DNA of 64,000 bases from Pseudomonadota bacterium (GCA_038532095.1 JBCBBB010000002.1:31875-95874); one strand, 5' to 3'. Positions 37,912-50,522 are shown, counted from the stretch's first letter. Notes: generated by a model not told the origin, from the letters alone. Numbers and translations are program-made.

Positions 37912-38028
37912 TATCCCATAACAGAGCCCTGATCTTGAGTATCAATGGTTCCTCGGCTGTTCTTTGCCCAAGCCGGGGAAGCGCCTGTACGTGGGGTGCA
38001 TTCGGCGGCACAAAGGAGATGCGCAATC

Positions 38029-38700
38029 ATGAGGACAACCATGCGTAACAAGACATCTATCGTGCTTGGCGTTGCGGGCATTATGACACTGTCGGCCTGT
38101 GCGACGGACCCGTCGCAATTCCCGGGCACAGACGGGCAACGAACTCAACAAGGCGCCCTTACGGGTGCTGCTTTGGGCGGGGTGGTCGGCGCCATCACCG
38201 GCAGCGGAAGCCGCGGGGATGATATCATTCGCGGGGCCGTCATCGGTGGGGCCGCCGGTGCCATTGCGGGCAACATCATGGATCGTCAGGCGGCGGAGTT
38301 GCGAAACGATTTCGGCAATGGCGAGATCGAAGTGATCAACACAGGCAGCGAACTTATCGTTCGTATGCCGGAAGCCATTCTGTTCGCCACCGACAGTGCC
38401 GCATTGAACCAGGGTCTCAGGTCAGACCTTTTCGTTTTGGCGGATAGCCTGAACAAATACCCGCAATCTGTCGTGACCGTGACCGGGCATACCGACAACA
38501 CCGGTTCGGCGGCCTATAATCAGGACCTGTCCGAGCGTCGAGCAAGTTCTGTTGCGTCTGTCTTGCGGACAGGCGGGGTGGCATCCTCGCGCATCCGCGT
38601 CGTTGGTGCGGGCGAGAACCGCCCAATTGCGACCAATCAAACGGCAGCAGGCCGTGCTCAGAACCGTCGTGTGGACATCACCATCACACCGACAAGCTGA
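38029..38700 (+). CDS. OmpA-family lipoprotein with a glycine-zipper region
   Basis: Lipobox MTLSAC. Glycine zipper GALTGAALGGVVGAITGSG...GGAAGAIAG. OmpA_C domain F...SA.L.......L..LA..L...P....V.GHTDNTGSAAYNQ.LSERRA.SV...L...GV...R....G.GE..P.A.N.T..GRAQNRRV.I. Confidence 0.88.
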   Translation: MRTTMRNKTSIVLGVAGIMTLSACATDPSQFPGTDGQRTQQGALTGAALGGVVGAITGSGSRGDDIIRGAVIGGAAGAIAGNIMDRQAAELRNDFGNGEIEVINTGSELIVRMPEAILFATDSAALNQGLRSDLFVLADSLNKYPQSVVTVTGHTDNTGSAAYNQDLSERRASSVASVLRTGGVASSRIRVVGAGENRPIATNQTAAGRAQNRRVDITITPTS

Positions 38701-38724
38701 TTAAGACAGGCAAGAAACGGAAAG

Positions 38725-38753
38725 CGGCGGGCTCCAACGACCCGCCGTTTTTT
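38725..38753 (+). terminator. intrinsic terminator of the ompA-like gene
   Basis: CGGCGGG (38725-38731) pairs with CCCGCCG (38741-38747) and is followed by TTTTTT. Confidence 0.75.
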
Positions 38754-38798
38754 GCTGTGCTGTTCCACGAAGTCTGCCGGACAAGGTGGATATTACCA

Positions 38799-38978
38799 AA
38801 TTGGGCGCCTTCGGCGCACGCGATGTTTTGATTGGGGGCTCCGCCCCGTCTCTCTTCGAGAGACTCCCCGCCGTATTTGAACCAGGAAGAAAGACCTCTT
38901 CATCTCTTCTAAAATACGCATCAACGCGGCTGCCAAAGGCAGACGCAAAACATCGTGTGCGCCGAAAGGCGCGCAATT
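38799..38978. repeat. imperfect ~32-bp inverted repeats flanking a ~115-nt hairpin-rich core (MITE-like element or structured RNA gene)
   Basis: The left arm is AATTGGGCGCCTTCGGCGCACGCGATGTTTTG (38799-38830). The reverse complement of the right arm (38946-38978) is AATTGCGCGCCTTTCGGCGCACACGATGTTTTG, differing by 2 mismatches and 1 indel. The core contains the GTCTCTC-TTC-GAGAGAC and CTGCC-AAAG-GCAG hairpins. Confidence 0.6.
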
Positions 38979-39043
38979 CGAAAGGATGGGGTCAATTCCA
39001 GAGTTAAGTGTAGACTTCCCCGGTCGAGCAGGCAGGGATACGC

Positions 39044-39072
39044 AAAAAAGGCGCCGATTGACGGCGCCTTTT
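39044..39072. terminator. bidirectional intrinsic terminator (serves clpA on the minus strand)
   Basis: AAAAAA-GGCGCCG-ATTGA-CGGCGCC-TTTT. Confidence 0.8.
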
Positions 39073-39091
39073 GGGTTTATCTTCGATCAAA

Positions 39092-41419
39092 CTAGTCCGC
39101 AGTCAGAAGCGGCGGCTTCTTCTTGGCGATCCGCTTTGTCTTCGGCTCGATCCGAAGCTCCAGCTTGCCGTCCTTGACGCCGACCTTGACGATGCCGCCT
39201 TTGGCGAGTTTGCCGAAGAGCAGTTCTTCCGCCAGCGGTTTCTTGATCTCTTCCTGGATCACACGGCCCAGCGGGCGTGCGCCCATCTTGTCGTCATAGC
39301 CTTTATTGCCGAGCCATTCAGCAGCCGGGCGTGTCAGTTCGATATGAACGCCGCGGTCCATGAGTTGCGCTTCAAGTTGGAGCACGAACTTCTCGACCAC
39401 TTGCAGGATCACCTCTTTCGGCAATGCGCCGAAGCTGATGACGGCATCCAAACGGTTGCGGAATTCTGGCGTGAACATGCGTTCGATGGCGGCAGTGTCC
39501 TCGCCCTCCCGCTTGTCACGGCCGAAGCCAACCGCCTCGCGTGCCATATCTGCGGCACCTGCGTTCGACGTCATGATCAGGATCACGTTGCGGAAATCGA
39601 CCGTACGACCGTTATGATCGGTCAACTGGCCATGATCCATCACTTGCAAGAGGATGTTGTAAACATCCGGATGCGCCTTCTCGATCTCATCCAGCAAAAG
39701 CACGCAATGCGGGTGTTGATCGACGCCGTCAGTCAGCAACCCGCCCTGATCGAACCCGACATAACCCGGAGGCGCACCGATCAGACGGCTGACGGCGTGT
39801 TTCTCCATGTATTCCGACATGTCGAAGCGCATCAGTTCCACACCGAGCGTGTCTGCCAATTGCTTGGCCACTTCGGTTTTGCCAACGCCCGTTGGGCCAG
39901 CAAAGAGGTAGTTGCCGATGGGCTTTTCGGGCTCGCGCAGACCTGCGCGTGACAGTTTGATCGCCGAGGACAGCGCTTCAATGGCCTGATCCTGCCCAAA
40001 GACAACGCGCTTGAGCGAGGCTTCGAGGTCTTTCAGCACCGCTGCGTCATCCTTGGAGACGTTTTTCGGCGGAATGCGAGCGATCTTGGCCACAACGTTT
40101 TCGATCTGTGTCACGTCAATGGTCTTTTCGCGCTTTTCTTCTTCGACAAGATGCTGAGCGGCGCCCGCCTCATCGATCACGTCGATGGCCTTATCCGGGA
40201 GCTTGCGGTCGTTGATGTAGCGTGCAGAGAGTTCCACAGCCGTGCGGACTGCATCATCGGTATAGGTGACCGAGTGATGCTCCTCAAAGTAAGGCTTGAG
40301 GCCCAGGAGGATTTGCACGCTGTCATCGACAGAAGGTTCTGTCACATCGATTTTTTGGAACCGGCGGCTCAACGCCCGGTCTTTCTCGAAATGCTGACGG
40401 AATTCCTTGTAGGTTGTAGAGCCCATGCAGCGCAGTTTGCCGCCCTGAAGCGCGGGCTTCAGAAGGTTGGAGGCATCCATGGCACCGCCTGACGTGGCAC
40501 CGGCACCGATCACCGTGTGAATTTCGTCAATGAAAAGGATCGCATCGGGATGCTCTTCCAATTCAGTCACAACGGCTTTCAGGCGCTCTTCAAAATCGCC
40601 GCGATAGCGGGTGCCCGCAAGAAGCGCGCCCATGTCGAGCGAATAGATTGTGGAGCCTTGCAACACTTCCGGCGTCGCATTCTCAACGATTTTCTTTGCC
40701 AGACCTTCCGCGATGGCCGTTTTGCCCACGCCGGGGTCGCCGACCAGAAGCGGGTTGTTTTTGCGGCGACGGCAGAGCACCTGAATGCAACGCTCAACCT
40801 CGTGTTCACGCCCGATGAGCGGATCAACATCGCCCTGAGTGGCCTTAGCATTCAGATCGACGCAGTACTTGGCGAGCGCGGATTCCTTGTTTTCTTCTTC
40901 AGCGGCGTTGCCGGAAGAGGCCTGTTCCTCTTCAAACTCGGGCGCGCCGCTCACAGGGCGGGTTTCGCCGAAAGATGGGTCCTTCGCAACGCCGTGGGCA
41001 ATGAAGTTCACCGCGTCGTAGCGGGTCATGTCCTGCGCCTGAAGGAAATAGGCCGCATTCGACTCACGTTCAGCAAAAATGGCTACCAGCACGTTTGCAC
41101 CTGTCACCTCCGTCCGGCCAGACGACTGGACGTGGATGGCAGCTCGCTGGATGACGCGCTGGAACGCGGCTGTGGGAACGGCTTCCGACCCTTCGATTTC
41201 TGTCACAAGCGTCGACAGATCGTCGTCAATAAAGTCGTTCAGTGTTTTGCGGAGCTCGTCCAGATCGACCGAACAGGCCTGCATCACCTTGGCTGCATCT
41301 GGTTCGTCGATCAGCGCCAGTAGCAGATGCTCCAACGTGGCGAGTTCGTGGCGACGCGCATTCGCAATGGCGAGGGCCGCATGGATGGCGTCTTCGAGCG
41401 TCTTGGAAAACGATGGCAC
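39092..41419 (-). CDS. clpA: ATP-dependent Clp protease ATP-binding subunit ClpA
   Basis: 775 aa. Clp N-domain, two AAA+ modules ([14 protein letters not shown]; [14 protein letters not shown]), [28 protein letters not shown] start with AAGGAG 8 nt upstream. Confidence 0.97.
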   Translation of the reverse strand: MPSFSKTLEDAIHAALAIANARRHELATLEHLLLALIDEPDAAKVMQACSVDLDELRKTLNDFIDDDLSTLVTEIEGSEAVPTAAFQRVIQRAAIHVQSSGRTEVTGANVLVAIFAERESNAAYFLQAQDMTRYDAVNFIAHGVAKDPSFGETRPVSGAPEFEEEQASSGNAAEEENKESALAKYCVDLNAKATQGDVDPLIGREHEVERCIQVLCRRRKNNPLLVGDPGVGKTAIAEGLAKKIVENATPEVLQGSTIYSLDMGALLAGTRYRGDFEERLKAVVTELEEHPDAILFIDEIHTVIGAGATSGGAMDASNLLKPALQGGKLRCMGSTTYKEFRQHFEKDRALSRRFQKIDVTEPSVDDSVQILLGLKPYFEEHHSVTYTDDAVRTAVELSARYINDRKLPDKAIDVIDEAGAAQHLVEEEKREKTIDVTQIENVVAKIARIPPKNVSKDDAAVLKDLEASLKRVVFGQDQAIEALSSAIKLSRAGLREPEKPIGNYLFAGPTGVGKTEVAKQLADTLGVELMRFDMSEYMEKHAVSRLIGAPPGYVGFDQGGLLTDGVDQHPHCVLLLDEIEKAHPDVYNILLQVMDHGQLTDHNGRTVDFRNVILIMTSNAGAADMAREAVGFGRDKREGEDTAAIERMFTPEFRNRLDAVISFGALPKEVILQVVEKFVLQLEAQLMDRGVHIELTRPAAEWLGNKGYDDKMGARPLGRVIQEEIKKPLAEELLFGKLAKGGIVKVGVKDGKLELRIEPKTKRIAKKKPPLLTAD

Positions 41420-41602
41420 GCTCTATGCTCCTTCAACAAAGGGCCCGGGAGGGATTACGGTTGGGTCCCTCACGGACCGTGACCTCATAGTGTTAGAGTT
41501 CGGTTAGATTTCCGAACCTTCAAGAGTTTTTTGCTCACGCAAGCTCACATTTTTCCCTTGCTAGGGAGTTTGAGCCGGAAAGTGAGACAAAATGTGGCGA
41601 TT

Positions 41603-42358
41603 TCAGAACGAATCCTTGCGGCGCCGAATTTCGGCAAAAACGTCGGCGTCACTCGCGCCATTCATATCTAGGCTTGATTTGACCTCTGCCAACCCCGCGC
41701 GCAGGAATGGATTGGTGGCAAGTTCGTCAGATAATCGTGATGGGACGGTCGCTTCGCCAGTCGCCCGCGCCTCTGCCACCCGCTCCATGCGTGCCAAAAG
41801 CGCTGGGTTTTCTGGTTCTATTGTGAGCGCAAATCTCCCATTGGACGCGGTATATTCATGGCCGGAATAGATGGTGGTTTCAGGCGGCAACGCTGCCAGT
41901 TTGGACAAAGACGCCCACATTTGATCGAACGTGCCCTCGAACACCCGGCCGCACCCCAGAGACATAAGGCTATCCGCAGTAAAGGCGGCGTGTTCTGACG
42001 CAATGTAAAAGGCGATATGGCCGATTGTGTGCCCAGATACGTCGAAGACTTGCACCGGTGTCCCAGCGAAGTCGAAGGTTTCACCGTCCTCATGCGCAGC
42101 ATCAAGCGGGGGCAGTCTGTGTGCATCCGCACGCGCACCTCGAACAATCGCTCCGCTGCGCAGGTCGGCAACGCCGTCCACATGGTCGTTGTGGTGATGC
42201 GTGATCCAGATTTCGTCGAGCGTCCACCCTTCACGCTCCAATACGGCCTGGATTGGACCGGCTTCCGGCGCGTCGACCAAGGCTGTCTTGCCGTTGCCGT
42301 GTACCAGGAAGGCATAGTTGTCTTCGCGGCAGGGTATGGTGACGAATTTAAAAGACAT
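41603..42358 (-). CDS. gloB: hydroxyacylglutathione hydrolase (glyoxalase II)
   Basis: Metallo-beta-lactamase motif THHHNDH, ...GHT.GHI.....FT.D.LM..GCGR.FEG...QM. The start is taken at MSFKFVTIPC (42358). Confidence 0.92.
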   Translation of the reverse strand: MSFKFVTIPCREDNYAFLVHGNGKTALVDAPEAGPIQAVLEREGWTLDEIWITHHHNDHVDGVADLRSGAIVRGARADAHRLPPLDAAHEDGETFDFAGTPVQVFDVSGHTIGHIAFYIASEHAAFTADSLMSLGCGRVFEGTFDQMWASLSKLAALPPETTIYSGHEYTASNGRFALTIEPENPALLARMERVAEARATGEATVPSRLSDELATNPFLRAGLAEVKSSLDMNGASDADVFAEIRRRKDSF

Positions 42359-42416
42359 GGGTGCGGTCCTTTGGGTATGGTTTACATGACTGTCGAACAA
42401 ACGAGCCCGCGCTGCA

Positions 42417-43163
42417 ATGCACCTTGATGTGCTCGATCTTCGGACTTTTTATTACCGGACGCGCCTTGGGCGGACCGCTCAAAAGGCCATGCGTGAGCAG
42501 TTGTTGGAACTCTGGCCAGATGCGAAGGGCAAAACTGTTGCCGGGTTCGGGTTCGCGGCGCCGCTTCTGCGGCCTTACTTGAAAGAGTCGCGACGCGTCG
42601 TTGGTTTGATGCCGGCACAGCAAGGGGTCATGCCGTGGCCTGCCGGACTGCCGAATGTCTCCGTGCTTTGCCCTGAAACCGACTGGCCGCTTGAGAGTGA
42701 CAGCATAGACCGCTTGGTGGTGCTGCATGGGCTTGAAACCAGCGAGGACCCAATTGCCTTGCTGGACGAATGCTATCGTGTGCTTGCCCCCGAAGGTCTA
42801 GGGCTTTTCATCGTGCCGAACCGCGCTGGGCTGTGGGCGCGCCGGGATGAAACGCCATTTGGGTTTGGGCGACCCTATTCCATGGGCCAGCTTGAAGCGA
42901 AACTGGCGGCCATCGGATTGAAGCCGAGCAGACATGCAGCAGCCCTTTATCATCCGCCGACAGAAAAGAAGTTCTGGCTCAAGACCAGTGGCTTTTGGGA
43001 AAAGCTGGGCGGTCGGGTTTCGAACCGCTTCGCGGGGGGTGTTTTGATGATTGAAGTGACGAAACAAGTGCCGGCACCGCCACGGACGGGCTTACCCGAG
43101 GCGATAAGAAAGCCGTTGAGTGTTTTGGACGGGATCGCGGTTGCGGATCCTAAGCCGGTTTGA
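42417..43163 (+). CDS. class I SAM-dependent methyltransferase (divergent from gloB)
   Basis: ...V.G.G.A.P.L ... D.L...H.LE...DP...L.E..RVLAP.G......PNR, 248 aa. Confidence 0.8.
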   Translation: MHLDVLDLRTFYYRTRLGRTAQKAMREQLLELWPDAKGKTVAGFGFAAPLLRPYLKESRRVVGLMPAQQGVMPWPAGLPNVSVLCPETDWPLESDSIDRLVVLHGLETSEDPIALLDECYRVLAPEGLGLFIVPNRAGLWARRDETPFGFGRPYSMGQLEAKLAAIGLKPSRHAAALYHPPTEKKFWLKTSGFWEKLGGRVSNRFAGGVLMIEVTKQVPAPPRTGLPEAIRKPLSVLDGIAVADPKPV

Positions 43164-43442
43164 ACGAAAACCGTCATGTTACCGCTCGCACCGCGTGGAA
43201 TCGGGGTTCAGAAAACGCACGAGAAATGAGCATTCGGACGCACCCCGAATTAACCCTGTGATCCTAAACAAATTGTTCCTGCCAATTGCTGTGCCCTAGA
43301 GTGTTGCGAGCCGCTGGGTCGTCTGCTAAACGACCGCTGATTTGTTCATCGAGCTTGGAGCGCTTGAGCGTTTTGAACCCGAAACCGCCCGGTCTAGGTG
43401 TTTGAAACGGTATGGACATAACGAACGTGGGAAAGGGGACAC

Positions 43443-44003
43443 GTGTCAGAATCAGCGTCTATCTCCTCAGGCATCGCGGCCCGCTATGCCTCGGCTGTCT
43501 TTGAACTGGTTAAAGAAGCCAACGAACTTTCGTCACTGGAGCAGGATATCGACGCGCTTGATGCGGCGATCACCGGCAGCTCGGATTTCCGTGACCTGAT
43601 CCACTCGCCGATCTATTCCCGCGACGCGCAAGGCGATGCCATTTCAGCAGTTGCTGCCAAGATGGGTTTGTCCGGCACAATGGCCAACACCTTGAAGCTG
43701 ATGGCAAGCAAGCGTCGCCTGTTTGTCCTGCCGCAGTTGGTCACCGCGCTGCGTGCGCAGATTGCTGATGCCAAGGGCGAAGTGACGGCAGACGTGCAAG
43801 CCGCGACCGCCCTGTCGGCCGAGCAAGAGAAAACCCTGGCTGAGACGCTGAAGAGCGCGGTTGGCAAGGATGTCAAAATGAATGTCACCGTCGATGAAAG
43901 CCTCATCGGCGGTCTTATCGTGAGAGTGGGCTCAAAGATGATCGACACGTCGATCCGTTCGAAGCTCATGAGCCTGCAGAATACCATGAAAGAGGTCGGA
44001 TAA
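43443..44003 (+). CDS. atpH: F0F1 ATP synthase subunit delta (OSCP)
   Basis: GTG start. IAARYA.A.FEL..E........D...L.......DF..L..SP...R. Directly upstream of atpA. Confidence 0.93.
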   Translation: MSESASISSGIAARYASAVFELVKEANELSSLEQDIDALDAAITGSSDFRDLIHSPIYSRDAQGDAISAVAAKMGLSGTMANTLKLMASKRRLFVLPQLVTALRAQIADAKGEVTADVQAATALSAEQEKTLAETLKSAVGKDVKMNVTVDESLIGGLIVRVGSKMIDTSIRSKLMSLQNTMKEVG

Positions 44004-45542
44004 ATGGCGATCCAAGCAGCAGAGATTTCTGCGATCCTGAAGGACCAGATCAAGAATTTCGGCCAAGAAGCCGAAGTGGCCGAGGTTGGCCGCGTGTTGT
44101 CGGTTGGGGACGGTATCGCCCGTGTCTATGGACTCGACAGCGTGCAGGCTGGCGAGATGGTCGAGTTCCCCGGCGGCATCATGGGCATGGCCCTGAACCT
44201 GGAAAGCGACAACGTCGGGATCGTGATCTTCGGCTCCGACCGCGACATTAAAGAAGGTGACACCGTTAAGCGCACGAACTCAATCGTGGACGTGCCCGCT
44301 GGTGACGCGCTGCTTGGTCGCGTTGTCGACGGTCTGGGCAACCCGCTGGACGGCAAAGGTCCGATTGAAGCGTCCGAGCGTCGCGTGGCTGACGTGAAAG
44401 CGCCCGGCATCATCCCGCGGAAATCGGTGCACGAGCCAATGGCGACCGGCCTGAAAGCCGTTGACGCGATGATCCCGATTGGCCGTGGCCAGCGCGAACT
44501 GATCATTGGCGACCGCCAGACGGGTAAAACCGCCGTGGCCCTCGACGCCATCCTCAACCAGAAGTCCTACAACGACGCGGCAGGCGATGATGAGAGCAAG
44601 AAGCTCTACTGCATCTACGTCGCTGTCGGTCAGAAGCGTTCGACCGTTGCTCAGCTTGTGAAGAAGCTCGAAGAGAGCGGCGCGATTGAGTACTCGATCG
44701 TTGTGGCTGCGACCGCATCCGAGCCTGCGCCGATGCAGTTCCTGGCACCTTATGCCGCGACCGCGATGGCCGAGTACTTCCGCGACAATGGCCGTCACGC
44801 GCTGATCATTTATGATGACCTCTCAAAACAGGCGGTTGCCTATCGCCAGATGTCCCTGCTGCTCCGCCGTCCGCCCGGGCGTGAAGCGTATCCGGGTGAC
44901 GTGTTCTACCTGCACTCCCGTCTGCTCGAGCGTTCGGCGAAGCTGAACGAAGACAATGGCGCAGGCTCACTGACGGCGCTGCCGATCATTGAGACGCAAG
45001 GTGGCGACGTGTCGGCGTTTATTCCGACCAACGTGATCTCGATCACCGACGGTCAGATCTTCTTGGAAACCGACCTGTTCTATCAGGGCATCCGGCCCGC
45101 TGTGAACACCGGTCTGTCGGTGTCGCGGGTTGGTTCGTCCGCTCAGACATCCGCGATGTCCTCGGTTGCAGGTCCGGTGAAACTGTCGCTCGCGCAGTAT
45201 CGTGAGATGGCCGCGTTTGCGCAGTTCGGCTCGGACCTCGACGCCGCGACACAGCGTCTACTGAACCGGGGCGCGCGTCTGACCGAATTGATGAAGCAGC
45301 CGCAGTATTCGCCGCTGACCAACGCCGAAATCGTTGTGGTCATCTTCGCGGGCACGAACGGGTATCTCGACAACCTCGACCTGAGCCAAGTGGCGCGGTT
45401 CGAGAAGGAGTTGCTGGGCCATATGCACGCCAAGCATTCCGACGTGATGGACTGGATCACCAATGAAGACCCGAAGATCAAAGGCGATGCAGCTGACAAG
45501 CTGAAAGCCGCGATCGACAGTTTCGCTGCGGATTTTGCGTGA
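44004..45542 (+). CDS. atpA: F0F1 ATP synthase subunit alpha
   Basis: [18 protein letters not shown] (Walker A), 512 aa, canonical throughout. Confidence 0.98.
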   Translation: MAIQAAEISAILKDQIKNFGQEAEVAEVGRVLSVGDGIARVYGLDSVQAGEMVEFPGGIMGMALNLESDNVGIVIFGSDRDIKEGDTVKRTNSIVDVPAGDALLGRVVDGLGNPLDGKGPIEASERRVADVKAPGIIPRKSVHEPMATGLKAVDAMIPIGRGQRELIIGDRQTGKTAVALDAILNQKSYNDAAGDDESKKLYCIYVAVGQKRSTVAQLVKKLEESGAIEYSIVVAATASEPAPMQFLAPYAATAMAEYFRDNGRHALIIYDDLSKQAVAYRQMSLLLRRPPGREAYPGDVFYLHSRLLERSAKLNEDNGAGSLTALPIIETQGGDVSAFIPTNVISITDGQIFLETDLFYQGIRPAVNTGLSVSRVGSSAQTSAMSSVAGPVKLSLAQYREMAAFAQFGSDLDAATQRLLNRGARLTELMKQPQYSPLTNAEIVVVIFAGTNGYLDNLDLSQVARFEKELLGHMHAKHSDVMDWITNEDPKIKGDAADKLKAAIDSFAADFA

Positions 45543-45573
45543 GTTTAAGCTGACACCCGAAAGGATAGGGTAG

Positions 45574-46443
45574 ATGCCCAACCTCAAGGATCTGAAAACA
45601 AGGATCGACTCGGTCAAATCGACCCGGAAGATCACACAGGCCATGCAGATGGTCGCCGCTGCCAAACTCCGCCGCGCGGAAGAGGCAGCCGGTGCCGCAC
45701 GCCCCTATGCCGAACAGTTCAACGCCGTCATGGCGGGGCTTGCCGGTTCGGTTGGCGATGGTGGGCCGAAGCTGCTGGCTGGAACCGGTTCTGATCAGAC
45801 GCACTTGCTGGTCGTCATGACCTCGGAACGTGGCCTTTGCGGTGGCTTCAACACCAATATCGTGAAGCTGGCCAAGGCCAAGGCCGAGGAACTCAAAGCC
45901 GCTGGCAAGACCGTGAAGTTTCTCACGGTCGGCAAGAAGGGTCGCGAGCAACTCAAGCGCGAATATGCGGACAATATCGTCGGCCACGTGGACCTCTCCG
46001 AGGTTAAGAACGTGGGCTACACCAATGCTCAGGATGTCGCGGCCGATGTGCTGGCCCGCTTTGACGCTGGCGAGTTCGATGTTGCAACGATCTTCTTCTC
46101 GAAGTTCCAGAGCGTTATCAGCCAGGTTCCGACCGCAACGCAGATCATCCCGGCTCATTTTGAAGAGACAGAGGGCGATGGCGACGCGACCGAGTTCGAC
46201 TATGAACCCGGGGAAGAGGAAATCCTGCGCGAGCTGCTGCCGCGCGGTGTGGCCACGCAGATCTTCTCGGCGCTTTTGGAGAACGGTGCGTCAGAACAGG
46301 GCGCCCGGATGAGCGCCATGGACAACGCAACCCGCAACGCGGGCGACATGATCGAGAAACTGACGATCCAGTTCAACCGGACGCGTCAGGCGGTCATTAC
46401 CAACGAACTTATCGAAATCATTTCGGGCGCCGAGGCGCTCTAA
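45574..46443 (+). CDS. atpG: F0F1 ATP synthase subunit gamma
   Basis: [31 protein letters not shown]... and the C-terminal [15 protein letters not shown]. Confidence 0.97.
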   Translation: MPNLKDLKTRIDSVKSTRKITQAMQMVAAAKLRRAEEAAGAARPYAEQFNAVMAGLAGSVGDGGPKLLAGTGSDQTHLLVVMTSERGLCGGFNTNIVKLAKAKAEELKAAGKTVKFLTVGKKGREQLKREYADNIVGHVDLSEVKNVGYTNAQDVAADVLARFDAGEFDVATIFFSKFQSVISQVPTATQIIPAHFEETEGDGDATEFDYEPGEEEILRELLPRGVATQIFSALLENGASEQGARMSAMDNATRNAGDMIEKLTIQFNRTRQAVITNELIEIISGAEAL

Positions 46444-46461
46444 CACGACCGGAGACGATAG

Positions 46462-47886
<1,425 letters not shown>

Positions 47887-47895
47887 GCGCCGTCG

Positions 47896-47955
47896 CGCTC
47901 CGGGCTTGTTCCGGAGCCTCTGGCCAAACGTTGAGGCTCCGGAACACGTCCGGAG
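47896..47955 (+). other. set of mutually exclusive hairpins in the atpD-atpC spacer
   Basis: GCTCCGG (47896-47902) pairs with CCGGAGC (47910-47916). CCGGAGCCTC (47910-47919) pairs with GAGGCTCCGG (47932-47941). GCTCCGG (47935-47941) pairs with CCGGAGC (47949-47955). The middle 10-bp helix competes with both flanking 7-bp helices. Confidence 0.5.
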
Positions 47956-47985
47956 CATCGCAGGAAAAGAAGATGAGGCCTGAAC

Positions 47986-48381
47986 ATGGCTGACACGATG
48001 CAATTCGATCTGGTCTCGCCCGAGCGCAAGCTTGCGTCCGGGCAGGCCACATCCGTGCTGATCCCGGGTGCTGACGGCGACATGACCGCAATGCCTGATC
48101 ATGCGCCGGTTGTGACCACATTGCGCCCCGGCATACTGGTCGTCGAGATGGATGGCGGTACGCAGGAATACGCGGTCACGGGCGGTTTTGCACAGATCAC
48201 ATCCGCAGGAACCACGGTTCTGGCAGATGAGGCTTTGCCGAAGGCTGAAGTTTCGCCGGACATGCTTGCAGAGCGTATTTCTGCAGCGGAATCGGCGCGT
48301 GACAGTGCCGAAGGAGCGGACATGGATGATGCGGCAAAGCGTGTCGCTGATCTTCAAGCTTTGCGCGACGCCGTCAGCTGA
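47986..48381 (+). CDS. atpC: F0F1 ATP synthase subunit epsilon
   Basis: 131 aa. F.LVSPER.L.......V..PG..G.....P.HAP....L.PG. Confidence 0.95.
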   Translation: MADTMQFDLVSPERKLASGQATSVLIPGADGDMTAMPDHAPVVTTLRPGILVVEMDGGTQEYAVTGGFAQITSAGTTVLADEALPKAEVSPDMLAERISAAESARDSAEGADMDDAAKRVADLQALRDAVS

Positions 48382-48404
48382 TCCACGGATTTATCCACAG
48401 ACGC

Positions 48405-48433
48405 AGGCCCCGACAATTCGGGGCCTTTTTCAT
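48405..48433 (+). terminator. intrinsic terminator of the atp operon
   Basis: AGGCCCCG-ACAATT-CGGGGCCT followed by TTTTTCATTT. Confidence 0.8.
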
Positions 48434-48525
48434 TTGAGTGGAACTCCGCCGATGATCAGGATTGTCATAAAGCTGCCATAGTCCGACAGCACATTCCGCG
48501 CTACTTCTTTCCAAACTGCTTTGGG

Positions 48526-49263
48526 ATGGCTGCCGTGAACCGTTTCAGAACTTATGGACTTGTGAGCCTGTGCGGCGTTGGTGTCGCTGCGACGATCGAC
48601 AACGCGTTTGGTTTGGGCGGAAGCGCCTTTCTTGCCGACATTTGCATGACAATTCTCGAAGGCGACACTCCGGAAGGCGAGATGGGCGGCATGGACGACA
48701 TGCCCATGGAAATCAAACCAGTGCCCCTGATTGCGCTCAGCCTGACCGCCACGGCTGCGGCGATTTACGGGCTGACCCGGGATCACCAGCGTTTTGTCAG
48801 TGGGAAATCGGAGCCAGACGATCAGGAACGTGCCGCGATCCTGTCTGCGATGCTGTTGGTGTCCAGGGCACGCGGCCGTGTTGCGCGGGAAGAGGTGTTG
48901 GATGTGTTTCGCATCGTGACAAGTCACGACCTGGATCGCGACCTTTTGGAGCTCACTCTTCAGCGGTTCCAGAATGCCTCGGATGACGAATTGGAGCGCT
49001 ACAGATTTCCACCGATGTCCAGCAGTATCGCGCGGCGGCGCACGCTTGCGGCGGCCTTGATGGTTGGATGCGTTGCCCGACCCGCAACATCCGAGGTCTC
49101 TGCGCTTATTGAGCGTATCGGGCTCGATATCGGTGCATCATCGGACGATGTGTCGGCGGCGCGGACCGCGTTGCACAAATGGCAAAAGGACTGCACGCCT
49201 GCCAATGGCGTGTCGCTTGTCACGTTGCTCCGTCACCGCTCGTTGGATTTGGCGCCGGCTTAG
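48526..49263 (+). CDS. hypothetical protein with two N-terminal hydrophobic segments and a TerB-like C-terminal region (tentative)
   Basis: 245 aa. The repeated pattern of helices with D/E..R pairs (ERAAILSAMLLVSRARGRVAREE...; ARRRTLAAALMVGCVARPATSEV..LIERIG) recalls TerB/DjlA-N type domains. Weak assignment. Confidence 0.55.
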   Translation: MAAVNRFRTYGLVSLCGVGVAATIDNAFGLGGSAFLADICMTILEGDTPEGEMGGMDDMPMEIKPVPLIALSLTATAAAIYGLTRDHQRFVSGKSEPDDQERAAILSAMLLVSRARGRVAREEVLDVFRIVTSHDLDRDLLELTLQRFQNASDDELERYRFPPMSSSIARRRTLAAALMVGCVARPATSEVSALIERIGLDIGASSDDVSAARTALHKWQKDCTPANGVSLVTLLRHRSLDLAPA

Positions 49264-49266
49264 GAG

Positions 49267-49854
49267 TTAGGAGCCAAGCACACCGCGCAGCTTCTCGACG
49301 GCAGACGGCAGCTCTTCCTGATATCGGATGCGGTCTGTATAGCGACCTCTTTCGTCGAACAGCAGCACCGACGCCGAGTGATCCATGGTGTAGTCCCCGC
49401 CTTCGAGAGGCACCCGCGCAGCGTAGATCCGGAATGCTTCGAGGGCTTTGTCCACTTCTTCCTGCGAGCCGGTCACACCCTGCACACCGTCGACCCAACC
49501 AACATAGTCCCCCAGAATGTCTGACGTGTCACGGTCCGGATCGACAGTGACGAAAAACACGTTCATATCCTTCGATTCAGGCAGTTCTTCCTGCCATGTC
49601 AGGATATCGCCCAGCGTTGTCGGGCATACATCAGGACAGTGAGTGAAGCCGAAGAACACCATCGAGGGGCCTTGGGCCAGCGTATCCTCGGTGAACGTAT
49701 CGCCCGTGGTTGTGGTCAGGGAATACTCACCCTGACCGAGCGTATCGAGAACGCTGGCATCCATCCGTGGTTTGATGATGCCAACCCAGGCCAAGGCCGC
49801 CAGATTGACGGCAACAAGCCCCCAAAGGAGTAGTCGCAGCTTTTTACCGGACAT
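49267..49854 (-). CDS. SCO1/SenC family copper chaperone (thioredoxin fold)
   Basis: An N-terminal TM anchor and the FGFTHCPDVCPTTL (CxxxC) motif. Confidence 0.9.
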   Translation of the reverse strand: MSGKKLRLLLWGLVAVNLAALAWVGIIKPRMDASVLDTLGQGEYSLTTTTGDTFTEDTLAQGPSMVFFGFTHCPDVCPTTLGDILTWQEELPESKDMNVFFVTVDPDRDTSDILGDYVGWVDGVQGVTGSQEEVDKALEAFRIYAARVPLEGGDYTMDHSASVLLFDERGRYTDRIRYQEELPSAVEKLRGVLGS

Positions 49855-49895
49855 GTCCGTTCAGCTCCCTTCAAATCTGCGGTTGGATCGGGGTC

Positions 49896-50426
49896 TTACG
49901 ATCCGTGACCGGAGTGATCCATGCTTTTGGCGCCTTTGCCCATGATGGCGAAAGGAATGGTTACGGAACCAGCGTTCTGGAATTCCAGCGTGGCTTCGAC
50001 CATTTCGCCTTCGACAAGCGGTTCATTCAGTTGCATGAACATCAAATGATATCCGCCGGGTTTCAACTCCACAGTTTCACCTGCGGGGATCACAAGTCCG
50101 TCAGCCATCTCACGCATTTTCATCGTGTCGCCGTCCATCTTCATCTCATGAACTTCGCCACGCTCTGAAACGGTCGAGGACACTGCGACCAGCACGTCAT
50201 CTTCGCTGCCCATGTTGCTGATGGTCAGGAAGGCACCGGCCACCGGCTGGTTTGGCAAGGTCGCCCGCGCGAAGGGGGCTTTCAGCATCAGGTCGCCAAC
50301 CTTGTGCTCGGCCATCTCCATCTTGTGGTCGCCGTGGTCGTGCTTCATCTCGCCTGCCGTTGTCATCCCGGCAATTGTAAAGGCTGCCAGACCCGCGAGG
50401 GTCAGGAGTGTTTTGGAAGAAATCAT
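49896..50426 (-). CDS. periplasmic copper chaperone PCu(A)C (DUF461)
   Basis: Signal peptide. ...AGAFLTI.N.G..DD.L....S.V....E.HEM.MDGD.MKMR........PAG..V.L.PGGYHLMFM.L, plus His/Met-rich termini. Confidence 0.88.
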   Translation of the reverse strand: MISSKTLLTLAGLAAFTIAGMTTAGEMKHDHGDHKMEMAEHKVGDLMLKAPFARATLPNQPVAGAFLTISNMGSEDDVLVAVSSTVSERGEVHEMKMDGDTMKMREMADGLVIPAGETVELKPGGYHLMFMQLNEPLVEGEMVEATLEFQNAGSVTIPFAIMGKGAKSMDHSGHGS

Positions 50427-50522
50427 GTCTGCTCACCTACTGAAAGAATCAGGATTGAGCGAGACTATGACATCGATTGTGGCGAAGGTGTGTCAGACGT
50501 TCTGTCGCAAGCGTGCTTCCGC

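Noticed and set aside
41420-41602. I expected clpS immediately upstream of clpA.
   Set aside because: Only 183 nt separate clpA from gloB, and they contain no ORF resembling ClpS. clpS is presumably elsewhere in the genome. Its absence from this window alone is not informative.
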